From Trichosphaerium sp. ATCC 40318 (Eukaryota; Protista; Tubulinea), in NCBI GenBank assembly GCA_038496445.1, contig JALMLS010000479.1, positions 62,001-126,000 of the forward strand: 64,000 bases of DNA. The letters run 5' to 3'. This document shows positions 24,776 through 37,029 of the stretch, in pieces; within the stretch, counting starts at the first letter, position 1; the number at the start of each line of letters is the position of its first letter. The translations under genes were made by a program, and so were the position numbers. The notes beneath the pieces were generated by a model. It was given only the letters and a program-made list of their open reading frames with translations, searched no databases and was not told the DNA's origin.

Positions 24776-27157
24776 TTACAAAAAACGTGTGGATGTAAGC
24801 AGGTGTGACTTGGAAAATATTTTGGAGGTGCATGCCAGATAGTGCCCAAGTCGTAGCATACTTTGGCAGAGTGAGTTTTGTTCATATTCTTCAGGTTTCC
24901 AGCACTGTCTCCTTGACCAATATCCAGAGTTTGTATGAGAAAAAACGTGTTTTGAATACACGTGTTGTACTTTAGGAAAGTATTGTGGTGAAAGGCTTGA
25001 ACATTTGCATCCTAAACAAAACGAGCGATATGGAGTCAATATTCTCAAAGTAAATTACAAGCATGAAAAGCGTAGTAGAAGGATTGAAAACTAACGAACG
25101 TTTGGACACCTTTCGCCAACAAGTATTGTATGTTCACCATCCAAAACAAAGTTATACAAACCATCAGATACTCGAACAACAGCATCCTTCAATTCATCAG
25201 GCCTGTACCTATTTGTTTTGTTTAGTAATTGTTGTTTAAAGTGATATTTGTTTAAGAACATACCAGTCTCCTTTGATGAGTACAGGATGTCCTCTCGTTA
25301 TCCAAAAACTACCAAGCTTAACCATACGTTTCTTCACTTTTGTTCTAATAGCTTCAACATGAATAACAGTCTGCATGGTTCCTGATGAAGACAACACTTT
25401 GTCACCAATACAAATATCTTTAGCTTTCTTCATTTCACCGTCTTTTGACATTTTTATTCTTGCATTTCCATCGAAACAGCCTGGGTAAAACCCTTCATAT
25501 AGCAATTCTATTTGACATGTTTTGGTTAATAGCTTCTTTCCATTCTTTTCACAAACGATGTAGACTTCGAGAGTAAACACTACATAGCCTTGAAAGATTG
25601 TAACAGGAACAAACCTTCTTTTTCTTCATCGCATTTGTCACGAGATAAAACGATATCACGTGGTTCTTTGCAAGCCATTCCAAAGAACCTTTCATAGGAC
25701 ATGCACTATTTTTTTTATTTTTGCTCTGGATATTTTCAGCTTTTGACGGTTGTGTGTCGGAATTTTCCTTGTTTTTCCAGATAACGAGATGAATTATACT
25801 AAGGGCAATTGGTGTTTTTTCCTTGTTTGGTGAAAGCTGCTGGCAATATGGTGCACTCACCTTGCTTAGTGTCAAAGCTGTACCTAATGGCATTGATGTC
25901 AATGAGGTTGGGCGACTGGAAATTGCCTTACCTTAGAGAAACTTGGTACTTGAAAATTGAAGCATGTACCTTTGGTGGTGTAGATTGAAGGAGCTGTACA
26001 ATGTTTTCAATGCTCATTTGTTTCCACATTCTTTGAGCACACTTGTTTTATGGCTCGTAGGAACAGGAGGAAGTGTACTTATCTCCCTGTTTATGCAATT
26101 GACAATTGTTGACACCAAGTGTCAAGTGACACTTGCAATGTGTCAGTTTAAGGAACAATTGCTAATTGTACGCCAAAAGCAATCATAGGAATTAATATGT
26201 AAAAAGTAAACATGTCCATGCCGTGAAAATTGCATACTGAAATTACAAAACAGATAAAAAAATTTGACAATAGCAATTGGCAATTGCTTTGTACTTACAG
26301 ATTCGTTGCATTCCTCCAATGGTTTGTCGTTTGAATTAATCTTGTTGAGGGGATTATTACACCTCTGGGATCTGTATATTCTCTTTGTGGCAGTCTGTGC
26401 TGATTGTGTTGTTTCAATGATTCTGAAAACAAAGGTAGCAATTTACAATTGCAGAAGGATACCTTTTTTAGATGGAGCATGTACAGGCTGTGAACAGTAC
26501 ATAATGCCCCTCTGTTTCTGAAAGGGAGTGTACTCAAACTAAGATGAGCTAATGTTCATGCCATAACAATAAAGAAGTTGTGTTGAGCACCTCAATTGGT
26601 ACTCATTCGTACCATCTTCAAGGTACTGTTTCATGGAAGAGTGCAAGTTTCTCAAAGCTGTTTGTATGTCACTGAATGCATAAGCAATTTGTATTGTACG
26701 TCACATTAGGTACCCACCTGTAGGACCTTGGTCACATGACAACAGTGAACAGAGTATCCAGAAAAAAACGTGTAAAGTCGGCGATATCCGTCAAAATCCG
26801 AAAATATCCAGAGCGAAAGTAAAAAAAATAGTGCATGTCCCCATAGCTTTCTTCATATTCATTGGATAGACGGCTTATGTGAAGTGTGTAAGTTGTTGTT
26901 CTGTCGTAGGACATTTTAATGCGAAGGTTTTGGTCACCAACGCTACCTTCCCTCTGTATGCTTAATTCGTTCGGTAGTGACGGGTACCGCTGTTTTTCTA
27001 CTCTTACAAGTGCATTGAAGCGTATTGAAACTATTTGAACGCTTCCAAGCTCTTCAAATGTTAAATACAATAGGATTGATAGTATACCATCGTCTGTAAC
27101 GTCTAGTAGCGTTGTTTTCAAGGATAACGGCGAAATACTTGTTTTAATGGCTTCCAT
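24776..27157 (-). pseudogene. F-box + Hint (Vint-type) domain gene interrupted by a TIR element
   Basis: N-terminal F-box-like LLDVTDDGILSILLYLTFEELGSVQIVSIRFNAL. Removing 25697-26842 plus one TSD copy gives ...EESY-ERFFGMACK..., then a 33-bp intron, then GCFDGNARIKM...IGDKVL...WITRGHPV..W|YRP...LYNFVLDGEHTILVG (Hint blocks). The 3' exon boundary is uncertain. Confidence 0.75.
25697..26842. mobile_element. About 1.15-kb DNA transposon-like insertion with imperfect TIRs of 55-85 bp and a short TSD
   Basis: Left end ggacatgcactattttttttatttttgctctggatattttcagcttttgacgg; right end (reverse complement) ggggacatgcactattttttttactttcgctctggatattttcggattttgacgg. Flanking duplication ATA (up to CATAG). 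No recognisable transposase. Confidence 0.85.
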
Positions 27158-27222
27158 TTGTAGTTAAGAACAGTTGTTGTTGCAAAGGAACAAGAAAAAA
27201 TTTCAGGTAAGCATAACTTAAT

Positions 27223-27273
27223 GGACTTGCACTTTTTCTTTTATTTTTCACGCGGATTTTTGCATTTTTTTTC
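27223..27273 (+). repeat. Diverged solo copy of the TIR of the 25697-26842 element
   Basis: ggacttgcactttttcttttatttttcacgcggatttttgca resembles ggacatgcactattttttttatttttgctctggatattttca. No partner end was seen. Confidence 0.45.
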
Positions 27274-27532
27274 GGACCCACGTTTTTTCCGAATTTTTCG
27301 AAAGAAAAAATTCGAAAAAATAGAATTCAATATAAAAACCAAATGCCTATACCCACCATGGATCACTATATGTGAGCAAAGGTCGGGTTCTAGTTCCGAG
27401 CACAGCGAGGACCCGACCGTAAGTGAACCAGGCGCTTTCTAGTTTAGTGGACTGCCCTAGCTATGCATCTTTCTACGAATTCTATTTTTTCGAATTTTTG
27501 TTTTCAGAAAATTCAGAAAAAACTATGGACCC
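27274..27532. mobile_element. 259-bp MITE with about 55-bp imperfect TIRs and a 9-bp TSD (Mutator-like signature)
   Basis: TIR core aaaaattcgaaaaaatagaattc / gaattctattttttcgaattttt. ttttttttc occurs at 27265-27273 and 27533-27541. Internal 11-bp hairpin ggtcgggttct...aggacccgacc. Confidence 0.75.
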
Positions 27533-28017
27533 TTTTTTTTCCATAGTTTTGACTTTTAAATGAAGATGTGGAACATTTCAAGCGTTTGGTTGGACTGAAC
27601 AAGATTGTCAATAATGAAGGACACAATAGGCAACAACAACGACAATGGCGAGTGCAATCAAAACATCCCCTCACCCTCCCTAAAATCCTTTTTTCTTTTT
27701 TATGTTCAAATCATTTTTTATTTTTCCTTCAAACACATTTGCAATCACACGAGTGTTCTTAAATGTAGAATAAATCCGCTCGTGTGGCTACGCTAGAGCC
27801 ACCAAAGACTGACCATCTTTCCTCCCAAGCGCGTCTCCCTTATATTGACAATGTTGACCAATCTAATTGATTTCGCAGAAATACAGTGCTTAAAAAAAAC
27901 ACCCAGACCACGCATTAAGCCACCTTTTTTAGAAAATAAATTAACTTTTCTCGCAGTATACTTGTTCTCGCAACACTTGTACGCTATTTAGTACGATTAT
28001 TTGACAGTGATCACACA

Positions 28018-28644
28018 ATGGAAAAGAAAAAACAACAACAAGTATTCAACCTTGTTGGGCTACCAATTGAGTTAATAGTCCATATTCTCAAACAAGGGAC
28101 GTATACACTTCGTACAGCCCAAACGTGCCATTTTTTACGAGATATTGTTCACAACCACGTTGGGTATGGTCGTATCCATATTAAAAACACAAATGAAGTT
28201 CAGATGCTTTCTGGTAGCCCATTACTCCACAATACGACTATTGATCTCAGACACTGTGAGGTAACAAACGAAATTATTGCAGCATTGGCAGGTGTGCACA
28301 CTATCAACCTACATAGTTGTAAGTCAATAACAGACAATGGCATTGCAGCATTGGCAGGTGTACATGATATTGATTTATCATATACAAATGTAACAGATGA
28401 AGGTTTGAAGGCATTGGCAGGTGTACACACTATCAACCTATGTTATTGTAGATCAATAACAGACAATGGCATTGCGGCATTGGCAGGCGTACATAAGATT
28501 GATTTAGCATATACAAATGTAACACACGCAGGTTTAAAGGCAATTTCAGGTGTACATACCATCAGGTTGGAGTACTATAAAAATTTAGAGCTACCAGTTA
28601 TTAAAACGTTGACAGGTGCACTTAAAATACGTTTTTTCGGATAA
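28018..28644 (+). CDS. F-box/LRR protein (intronless, short, about 6 LRRs)
   Basis: FNLVGLPIELIVHILKQGTYTLRTAQTCHFLRDIV followed by GVHxIxL LRRs. Confidence 0.9.
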   Translation: MEKKKQQQVFNLVGLPIELIVHILKQGTYTLRTAQTCHFLRDIVHNHVGYGRIHIKNTNEVQMLSGSPLLHNTTIDLRHCEVTNEIIAALAGVHTINLHSCKSITDNGIAALAGVHDIDLSYTNVTDEGLKALAGVHTINLCYCRSITDNGIAALAGVHKIDLAYTNVTHAGLKAISGVHTIRLEYYKNLELPVIKTLTGALKIRFFG

Positions 28645-29689
28645 ACTGTGATAAACAAGCTCAAAATCAAGGCATTTATCGGTTTTATTGATAATCCTTA
28701 TTCAACTCCAGCATGAACATGTACAACTGTTACCTTACCAAAGGTTTCTGAAATGGGGACTGGGATTGTATTTTATATATGTCAACACTGAAGGGAACAA
28801 AACTAGTTAGGTGTCTTTCCACATGTACAAAAAATAAAATGACTTCCATATTTCACAATTCTGCAAACAACATTGTTCACGACAACTCAGTTGGCAACTT
28901 TGTTTGGGTGAAGGGCCCACATATGTACCAAACATATCACAATTATGGTAAGTCTTATTAGTAGCCATAACGTAGTACAAGGTAGTAGGTTTATACCAAG
29001 TTGGACGTTGACGTCAACACTAGCCCATTTTCTGACATGCTACAATACTGTTCGAGTTAAAGCGATTTATTTAAGACATTACAGCTTCTAGAAAGACACA
29101 CGTTTTTTCTAGGCTTCTCCATGTACTGCTAAGCGTTGTAGCTCTTTTCTACAAGAGACGACATAATAAAAGAGATAAAATGCTCATAAGCATAACCAAT
29201 ATAGTTGGACTTGTTTGAGAATGATCCTGACGTATATACAAATAATGTCCGGTAAAGGCCAGGTGCAAAATTTCCTCCTGTCATTGTAAACCAATGAATG
29301 AACCAGTAGTCACAGGTATTAATAATGATGTAGCATATTTTTTCCGAGACAAGATTGAGTTTTAAACATACACGACCTTAAACCAAGAGAAGCTTTTTAT
29401 GCATGTGAAGGAGGAATTGGTGGAGCTTTTATCTCTTGGTGGGTTAGGTAAGTTGGATGATACAAATATAAACCCTTGAATAAACATGTGAGAAAAGCAA
29501 AAAAAAAGCAAATCTCAGCGGTATGACGTGGTTTCTGAAATATCATGCTTCTCGACAATGCATGAGGGTTATAATTGAAGTAAAACAGTTGATTTATAGA
29601 AGTGTTGGATGTTTCCAATCCAATACGGAAAAGAAGCTGTCAAAACAGGAAAAAAACTACAGATTTTTGAAGTTCGGGTTTTGTGCAAC

Positions 29690-29993
29690 TCATAAAACTA
29701 CTAAAAAAAAATATGCTACATCATTATTAATACCTGTGACTACTGGTTCATCCATTGTACAATTCAGTATTCTATCTGGAGTAACCGCTGTGCCTACTTC
29801 CTTGTTTTCTACTTCGAAAACGACAAATTTTGAATCAACGTCTAATGTGAATGTGAGTACGCTACCAGCGCTATACTCTATAGCTGTATTGTTCACAACA
29901 AAGTCGGGGTTATTTGGTAATGAAGATGAGGAAAACTCATCAAAGCTACCATCATCAAGAAGCAACTTACAAGAGCCTCTATCACCCACACCT
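29690..29993 (-). CDS. Exon of a small hypothetical beta-rich (SPRY-like?) protein
   Basis: YSAGSVLTFTLDVDSKFVVFEVENKEVG resembles the SPRY 'GD.i...LD......F..N....G' segment. The gene model is incomplete. Confidence 0.35.
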
Positions 29994-30915
29994 ACATTAG
30001 TTTTAGTTTTAGTTTTATTTTCATCACAGCTAGCTTATAACTTTATCAGTCTTATTAATTGTGTCTCGTACTTATTGATAGCGCTATAGTGAATAGAATA
30101 AATGCAAAAAATATGGATTTCATCATTGTGTCTTGTAGTTGTGTTGGAAATGGAAAATGAACAAAAACGGAAGAAAAACTAAGAAAACTCCCGTGCTAGC
30201 AATAAAAAAAAACTAAAAACTACCATTGTTGGGGTTTATTCGCACTCAATTGTCAGGAAGAGTAACCACGTTTCGGGCACGACTTTACGATTTCGGCTTT
30301 TTTGTATTTAGCTGAGTCACCACATGCGTTTCTACTGTTCTAAATACTCGCAATCGATCAAAATCGAATTGATTCAAGGGTCTAAAGCCCTTTTAACTGC
30401 GTTTAAGCTTGGATGGCCTTTGGTAGTGCAAGCGGTTAAATAACGTGCTCTCAGCCTTTCTCTACGCGCACTCGCACTAAAACGAACATTTTCGTTGTTT
30501 TTGGAGGCAGAAACTTTGCACTAATATTTTCGGATACCAGAATAATACAGTATAAAAAGAAGTGTTAACAGTTGAGTACCTAGGTTGGACTGTCTAGGCC
30601 AGTTTTTTACAAAAAATAACCACGGACTCCATAGTCTTATCTTAGGCTGTTTGTACTGGCAACAGATTTCTGTCTCATCAATGACAGTAATGAGAATCTT
30701 TAAAACAATAGAACAAAGCTGTTTCATTAATCGTTCGTATACGAGTTTGGTTCCTTGCATCTATATTTCGGCTTTTAGCCTCTCGCTCACAACGCGCCTT
30801 AAACGCTTACTAATATTCGAAATCGCCTCTCTTACGCGAGTAAAGGCCGAGGCGGAACGTTTTAGTAGAAGTTTACAGCTTCAGAAACAAACTAGCATCC
30901 AGTACTTATTGTTAG

Positions 30916-31300
30916 GTCACTTATATAAATGGCCTTCTAGAAGGAGAATGTAAGTCATGGCATGATAACGGACACGACGGTGCATAATACTTATTTAAGC
31001 GGTAAGGATATTGGCGAATGTCTAATTTGGTATGAGAATGGACAACTTAGTTCTCAATGTGAGTACATTGATGGCAAGAAATGCGGCGAGTATTAGGAAT
31101 GGTATGAAATCAACTGCGAAAACAGTGTACCTACATACACGGTAAGCTTATTGGTATGTACAAGGAGTGGCATACAAAAGGGCAACTCAGTGTAGAAAAT
31201 ATTTATGTTGATGGTAAGTAACATGGACTGTAAAACGTAGAATGCAAAGGGAGAACTTTGGTCACAGTGGATTTATGTTCTAGGCAAAATAACAGGTGGA
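30916..31300 (+). pseudogene. Decayed MORN-variant (MORN_2/YwqK-like) repeat gene
   Basis: Frameshifted and stopped translation: TYINGLLEGECKSWHDNG / TYLSGKDIGECLIWYENGQLSSQCEYIDGKKCGEY*EWYE / QLRKQCTYIHGKLIGMYKEWHTKGQLSVENIYVDGK*HG. Confidence 0.8.
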
Positions 31301-33489
31301 TGGGCCAAATATACTAATCACGTACCAATGTACGAGTTCAACCTATTAATCTTGTTAAAGGCCCATAATGCAAGGATACAATAAACCTAGACAAACTACC
31401 TTAAACTAAGAGCTGGTGCCGTGCAAGTGAATTTTGTATAGCAAACAACATAGTTACAACTGAAACAAACGAATTTTGTTCCACTGTAATGGTTCAACAT
31501 TAAGTGACCTTGTACAAGCATTTGATGTCTTTTTTCTTTGCTTCACTTGTAGTATAGCGTACTTTGGTGGCAGCTACAACCGCACTGGGTAAGGTGCCGA
31601 TTGCGGTGTTTATTTCCAATATCATGTGCTGTGCAATCTTTGTTGTACAACGCAGGCGGTAATTACAACAGCAGTTTTACCGTTTCTGCCTGGCTAACAT
31701 GTTAATTGATATCCATTCAAACAGTCCACAATGAGCAGTAAGAGAACTATCCTCTTCTTGCCTTACAAACTTTTAGTATCCATTGTCCTTGTTCACACCA
31801 AGTGCCCAAGCGTGATACCTTGGAAGCCTCTACTACATCTACAAATGAATGGCATTTACTGTAGTAAATACAAGAACCTTCAAATATTGAACACTCAAGT
31901 GTATCAAAAGAAAATATTGTAAGGCTCTTGGCCTCATCAAAAACAGTAAAACGTATCCGGAATATTTGTCTGCTGATTCCGCTATCTGCTTGCAAGCAAG
32001 TTGATAGTTTTTTATTTGGAAGAACACCGTATGAATGGCGTCGACTAATCCCTTTTTACTGGATACATATAATTCATCGAAGGCTGAAACTTTAAAAGTC
32101 TTTTTAGGCTGATGATTAAATTTATTGTGGTTATTGTACAACACCCTCTAGCGTATAATAAGCATAATAGCAATACTAAATAACTAGTTTTTATGAAAAC
32201 CTGTAATTATTGACCTTGATTGCTATGCTAATGGAAGACCATCGCACTGGAGGCCACGTTTCTTTAAGCGATTCAAAAAAACCCGCCAACACTGTATTTA
32301 GTCGTTGTGGCTCAAGTTTGTTCTAATGCCCTTCCGTTATGAATGAATACTATATATATTCAAATCATTCGTTATTCATATATTATTTTGCCTGACAGCT
32401 TGCGAGTTGCCGTGTTGATTCTTACGCCCACAAATCCCACATACAACTTTGATAGAGTTGGTGGGTTGTTAAAAACAGCATTGGTAGTTCTCTAAGGTAG
32501 ACAATATGGCAGTACTACGCACACAAAGTGGTGTCTGTAGGTTTCTATGGTGTTTTACGAGCACGTGACATATATCGGGGTTTTTTGCCGCCAAAGTAAA
32601 CTGTCAGGTTTTGTGAGTGACCGTTTACAGTACCGCACAAAATAACCATTTTGTGTTAGAAAACTGTTGGCTTTGAAAGGTTGGTGTTGGAAATCACGTG
32701 GAGTGACATTGTCCTAAGCGTTACAAAGCTGCATCCAGTGAATGTGTATTCATGAAAGAATATAGTGATGTGGCACACAAGATAATGAATATGAATATTG
32801 CTTATATTCCTAACGGAAGGCATTAGTTTGTTCCTCAAAGGCTGCATAGTGACCAATAAACAGTAAGCCAAAAAAGTTGTGAAAACTACGCACAAACAAC
32901 GTAACCAACAATCTTCATAACAAAGCCATCGTATTCGAGTAGAAAAGGTGATGTAGCGAATGTACTAGTCGTATTTGAGTTACAAGAAAGTCATTTGCCT
33001 ATACCTTGCGATGCTTGAGCTTACACGCAAGGTAATATCATTCATTTTGTACCGTATAGTGTCACATGTCTACAATTCATTTGATGAAGAAAGGTATGTC
33101 ATTCAGTAGCATCTGCTGGTTTACGTTGTAGTTGACGAGTCTACCTTCCTATGAACAACACCTGCTTTGGAGCTTAGTGCTTGGCTGAACATGATGCAGT
33201 GGCATCTTAGAACACGTGAAATTAGATACCTTGTGCCTTGCCAAACAGTGGAATAATTGATTGATTATCTATTCTTGCCAACTTTTCTATGTATTGCTCT
33301 TAGGATTCGGAATCACGATTGAAGAAATGAAGGACAACAAGATAAACCCATTGGTACGCAGGGTAGAACCACAAGAATGCAAATTTAAGATAATTTAATG
33401 CTAGGCGAAGGGGTATCAAGGATATACAAGAAAAGAAAGCCCCTTTTGCCAAATATTTGTTCAAGTACAAAAAAAAAGCGAAATTCGAT

Positions 33490-35530
33490 TACTCTTGCTC
33501 CAAAGCATCTTTTAAGAAGTTATTCCAAGCTTGTAACACCATTTGATGCTCTTGAAAACGTTCACTGATATTATTCAATACAACACCTTGGTTAACAACC
33601 ATGTTTTCGAAGAAAACACTCAGCGTTGAAGTCAACTAAAAAGAAAGAAAAAATCAGAAAAAAAAACATAAAACTTTTGAAAAAACGAAGAAACTTATTG
33701 TTTGCTTCAAGAGACAATTCTTCGGTGCCAATATACGTACCGTCTCTATTTGTAGGTTTATATGATCTTGCATATCCTTAGCATCAACTTCTTGATTGTT
33801 ATCAACACGCTGAGTTTGTCTAGGACGACCAACACGCCTAGCTGGAGGAGCAGCTACTTTTTTCTTTGGTACAGGAGCTGGTTTTTCTGGTTGAAACTCA
33901 ACGTTATCTGCTTCGTCTCGGTACTCACTATCATCTTCCACATCATCCTCACCTTGGTAAAGAGGTAAATATCCCGTAAATGAGGAGAAAGAACAACTTA
34001 CTGGTCTCAGGAGCACTTGTAATCTGAGGAATAAATAATTGTTTCATACCAACAGGTTCTACCTGGCTTGTCTCTCCCTTTCTCTGTTCTGGGATGACTA
34101 CATCCTTTCCATAGTTGCTTGTATCATCTCCAACATGTTGAGATTCAATATCGTCCGCTGACATGACCTACAAACCAGGTAAAAATTATTTCTTGAAACA
34201 ACTTAATGCAAAATGGTTTACGCTTTGTTTAGCTATTTTTACCTTGAGTGTGTACGGATAAAAGTTTGGAGAATCTCCCCAATTAGGTGATTTACTGGCA
34301 TAAGAACGTAGGTATGTACCACCGTACTACATAAAGAGTTAGGAAAGTACCTTCATAGCGACAAAAAAGTAAAAAAAAAAAATTGAATTATCAACAAAAA
34401 CTTGCGTACTTGAGTACCTATCCACCCACTGTTTGTAATTATATCATAATTGGGATCTATAGAAAGTTTTCCTGTATCAACATCACAATCAGATAACATG
34501 GAACCAAGTTTAACCAAACTAAAGAATAAATCAATCAAAAATTGAAAAACAGTACAATTTAAAAAACTATTCCTTGACAGGCTGCACCAATAAAAAAAGG
34601 CGCTGAGCATCTACCATTATTACTATGACGTACTTTGGACGCTTTAAAAATATATACACGCGTTTTATACTGGTAGAGAAGGTATATGCTGGAACATGTC
34701 CTTTTCCGTCTCCTTCAGCTTTTTTATTCTTACAATCCCTCAAAGCAGTCTTTAGTTGTGCCAAGCACAAGTGTACTACAGTAAGTTCAGATGGAAGAAC
34801 GAAAATAACAACCGGTTGCGTGCGTACACACGCACAAAAATAAGGCACACGTGTGTGTAACCGCCGCAAAAATGAACTAAACTCACCTGTTAGTCCTTGT
34901 GTTGATATGATTCCTTTGATTAGCTGTAAGTTATTTCTGTTCGATGCAGTCATTGGCGTAACAGCTCTAGCACGTCTGGATACAATTGTAGCAGTGTTTG
35001 GGGTGCCAGGTGATACTCTAGGACGTTTTGAAATAGGAGACTGTTTTGGTGTTCCTTGTCGTTTTGTTTTCTTTGAAGCTTTAGGTGACTGTCTTGCCTT
35101 CTTAGGCTTTGGTGTCCGAGTAGAACGACGAACTCCACCACTTGAGTATTTTGCACTATCTAATACGAGTAAGAATGTAACCTAAATATGAAAAAACGGG
35201 CGCAAGGTAGAGACACCCAGGTTCAATACTAAGAACATTGGGAAACTGTCAAGAAAGTGGTAACGAGAAGTAAACCAAAAAGTGTAAAAAATGCACTTAT
35301 TTTTGCACGTAATAGTCACGTGATGTGATGAGAAAAATAACAATATAACTGCCACAGTATGAAATACGTATAAAACGTGATTCACAAGCGGTAAAACTAA
35401 TAAACCGCTTTTTTTTGCCTTAAAGACAAAAAAATCCGAAAAATTGAAAAAAAAAAAAAGAGACTCACCTGCTGACTCTGGAAGTGCCTCCTTTACAAAC
35501 TTTTTAGGTCCATCAATCCTACTACCATCA
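33490..35530 (-). CDS. Hypothetical multi-exon protein (basic SP/TP-rich N-terminal part, acidic linker, helical C-terminus); ends uncertain
   Basis: Chain of spliceable exons with canonical GT-AG boundaries. No recognisable domain. Confidence 0.35.
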
Positions 35531-37029
35531 GAAAAGAAAAAAGAAAAAAAATAGAAAAGTTTTTCGCTCCGAATGGTTGGTCCCTAAGGAAGATGTGTAC
35601 AAAAAGGTAAAAAGAACAAATAATTGATTTAGAAAAAGAGACATGAACCTTGTTTTGATCATTTTTTTTTTACTTTTTTCATGAAATTGTGCATGACGAA
35701 CGGAGCAAAATCAGATATTGTACCATTTTGATTCATCATTACTCGTGTTAGGAATTTCTTCTATAAGCCCTAGTAACCTTCTACGATGCTCTTCATACCC
35801 TTCTATCTTCCTAAAGAGAAAAAGTTAACGGGTTTCGCGCCAATTGTGTGTAACACATTGAAATAGCGTTATTTGTTGTATTTTATCGCGTGTGAACGCC
35901 CCCGACGTAGTTATACGCCGTAAATATCAATTTTTGAAGATAAACATGCCTATTCCATCCCGCTTCTTTGTTTCCTTCATCGTAGTTCCATATATGAGCG
36001 CATACGGGATTATTGTTCTTATGGCAAAAGCGCCAAGCCCCTTTCCAATAAATAGACCGTCTATTAGCTCTACAAGGCACATTCATGCATACAAACAGTG
36101 TATCACCCTCATAAGATTTGTGAAGCCTGTTCCAAGCCTATTAACAGTTAAATAGGTACAATAAAGGTACTTACACCCTCTGGCGGGTCCATTTTTCGCC
36201 GCCGTTACTTCACATTTTTTTTCCAGACTTAACACCAAAAGTTGTGTGCGCTTAAATTTGTGCATCAATGGAGCATTGATTTTGGGTTTCTCCTCCATAC
36301 CGCAGTATGTCACCTTAACGTACTCGTATGCAATAACTACGAGTTATTGAGCATGAGTACCAAACAAAGAAAAACACGTGACACACATAACTAGCGGTGT
36401 GCCAAACCAAAAAGTTTTCAAAAACGGGAACGGCAACCAATAAAGTAAAAGAACTTTCTGATGAAAATCACGTGTTGCGAAGAGAAAAGTCGGTCTGTAC
36501 TAAAAACGCGTTTATACAAAGGTTTAATGCAATTATAAGAACGTGATAACGAACTCGAGGTAGAATTAAATACAATACCATCACGTGCATGCGCTAGGTA
36601 CAAGCTACACATAGGGATATTAAACTGAAATGACGCTTTATGGAAATTTGCAATATTTTCAAAAGTAAGCCCACCTTATTATCGTCACGTGCTTCAATAT
36701 ACTCTTTGAATAATCCCTGTACTATATACAACACATTTGGATCATTTTCAGCGCAAACTTCCTTTTATTCGCGTGATTACAGTAAACAATTTTTTCTCTT
36801 TTCAAAATGATCTAAAACATCTATAATATGTAATAAAACGATACGGTACGTATATTTGAACATCGGGTTTTTTTGCGTTCCATGTTTAAGCCGTAACTCA
36901 GTTTTCGTTCAGTTTCTCATCAAACGCATCAAAACCTGGGAAGCAACAACTCACGTTAACATCCTAACCTATACAAGTATACAGATAATACAATCATACG
37001 TTGTTCTTTAATATCTATATTGCTTACAA

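Noticed and set aside
30803-30836. GC-rich hairpin with a GCGA loop, possible Helitron 3' end or ncRNA
   Set aside because: No CTRR terminus at the expected distance, and only a single occurrence.
31740-32150. TPR-like helical fragments on the minus strand
   Set aside because: Frames are broken and the similarity is too vague to call.
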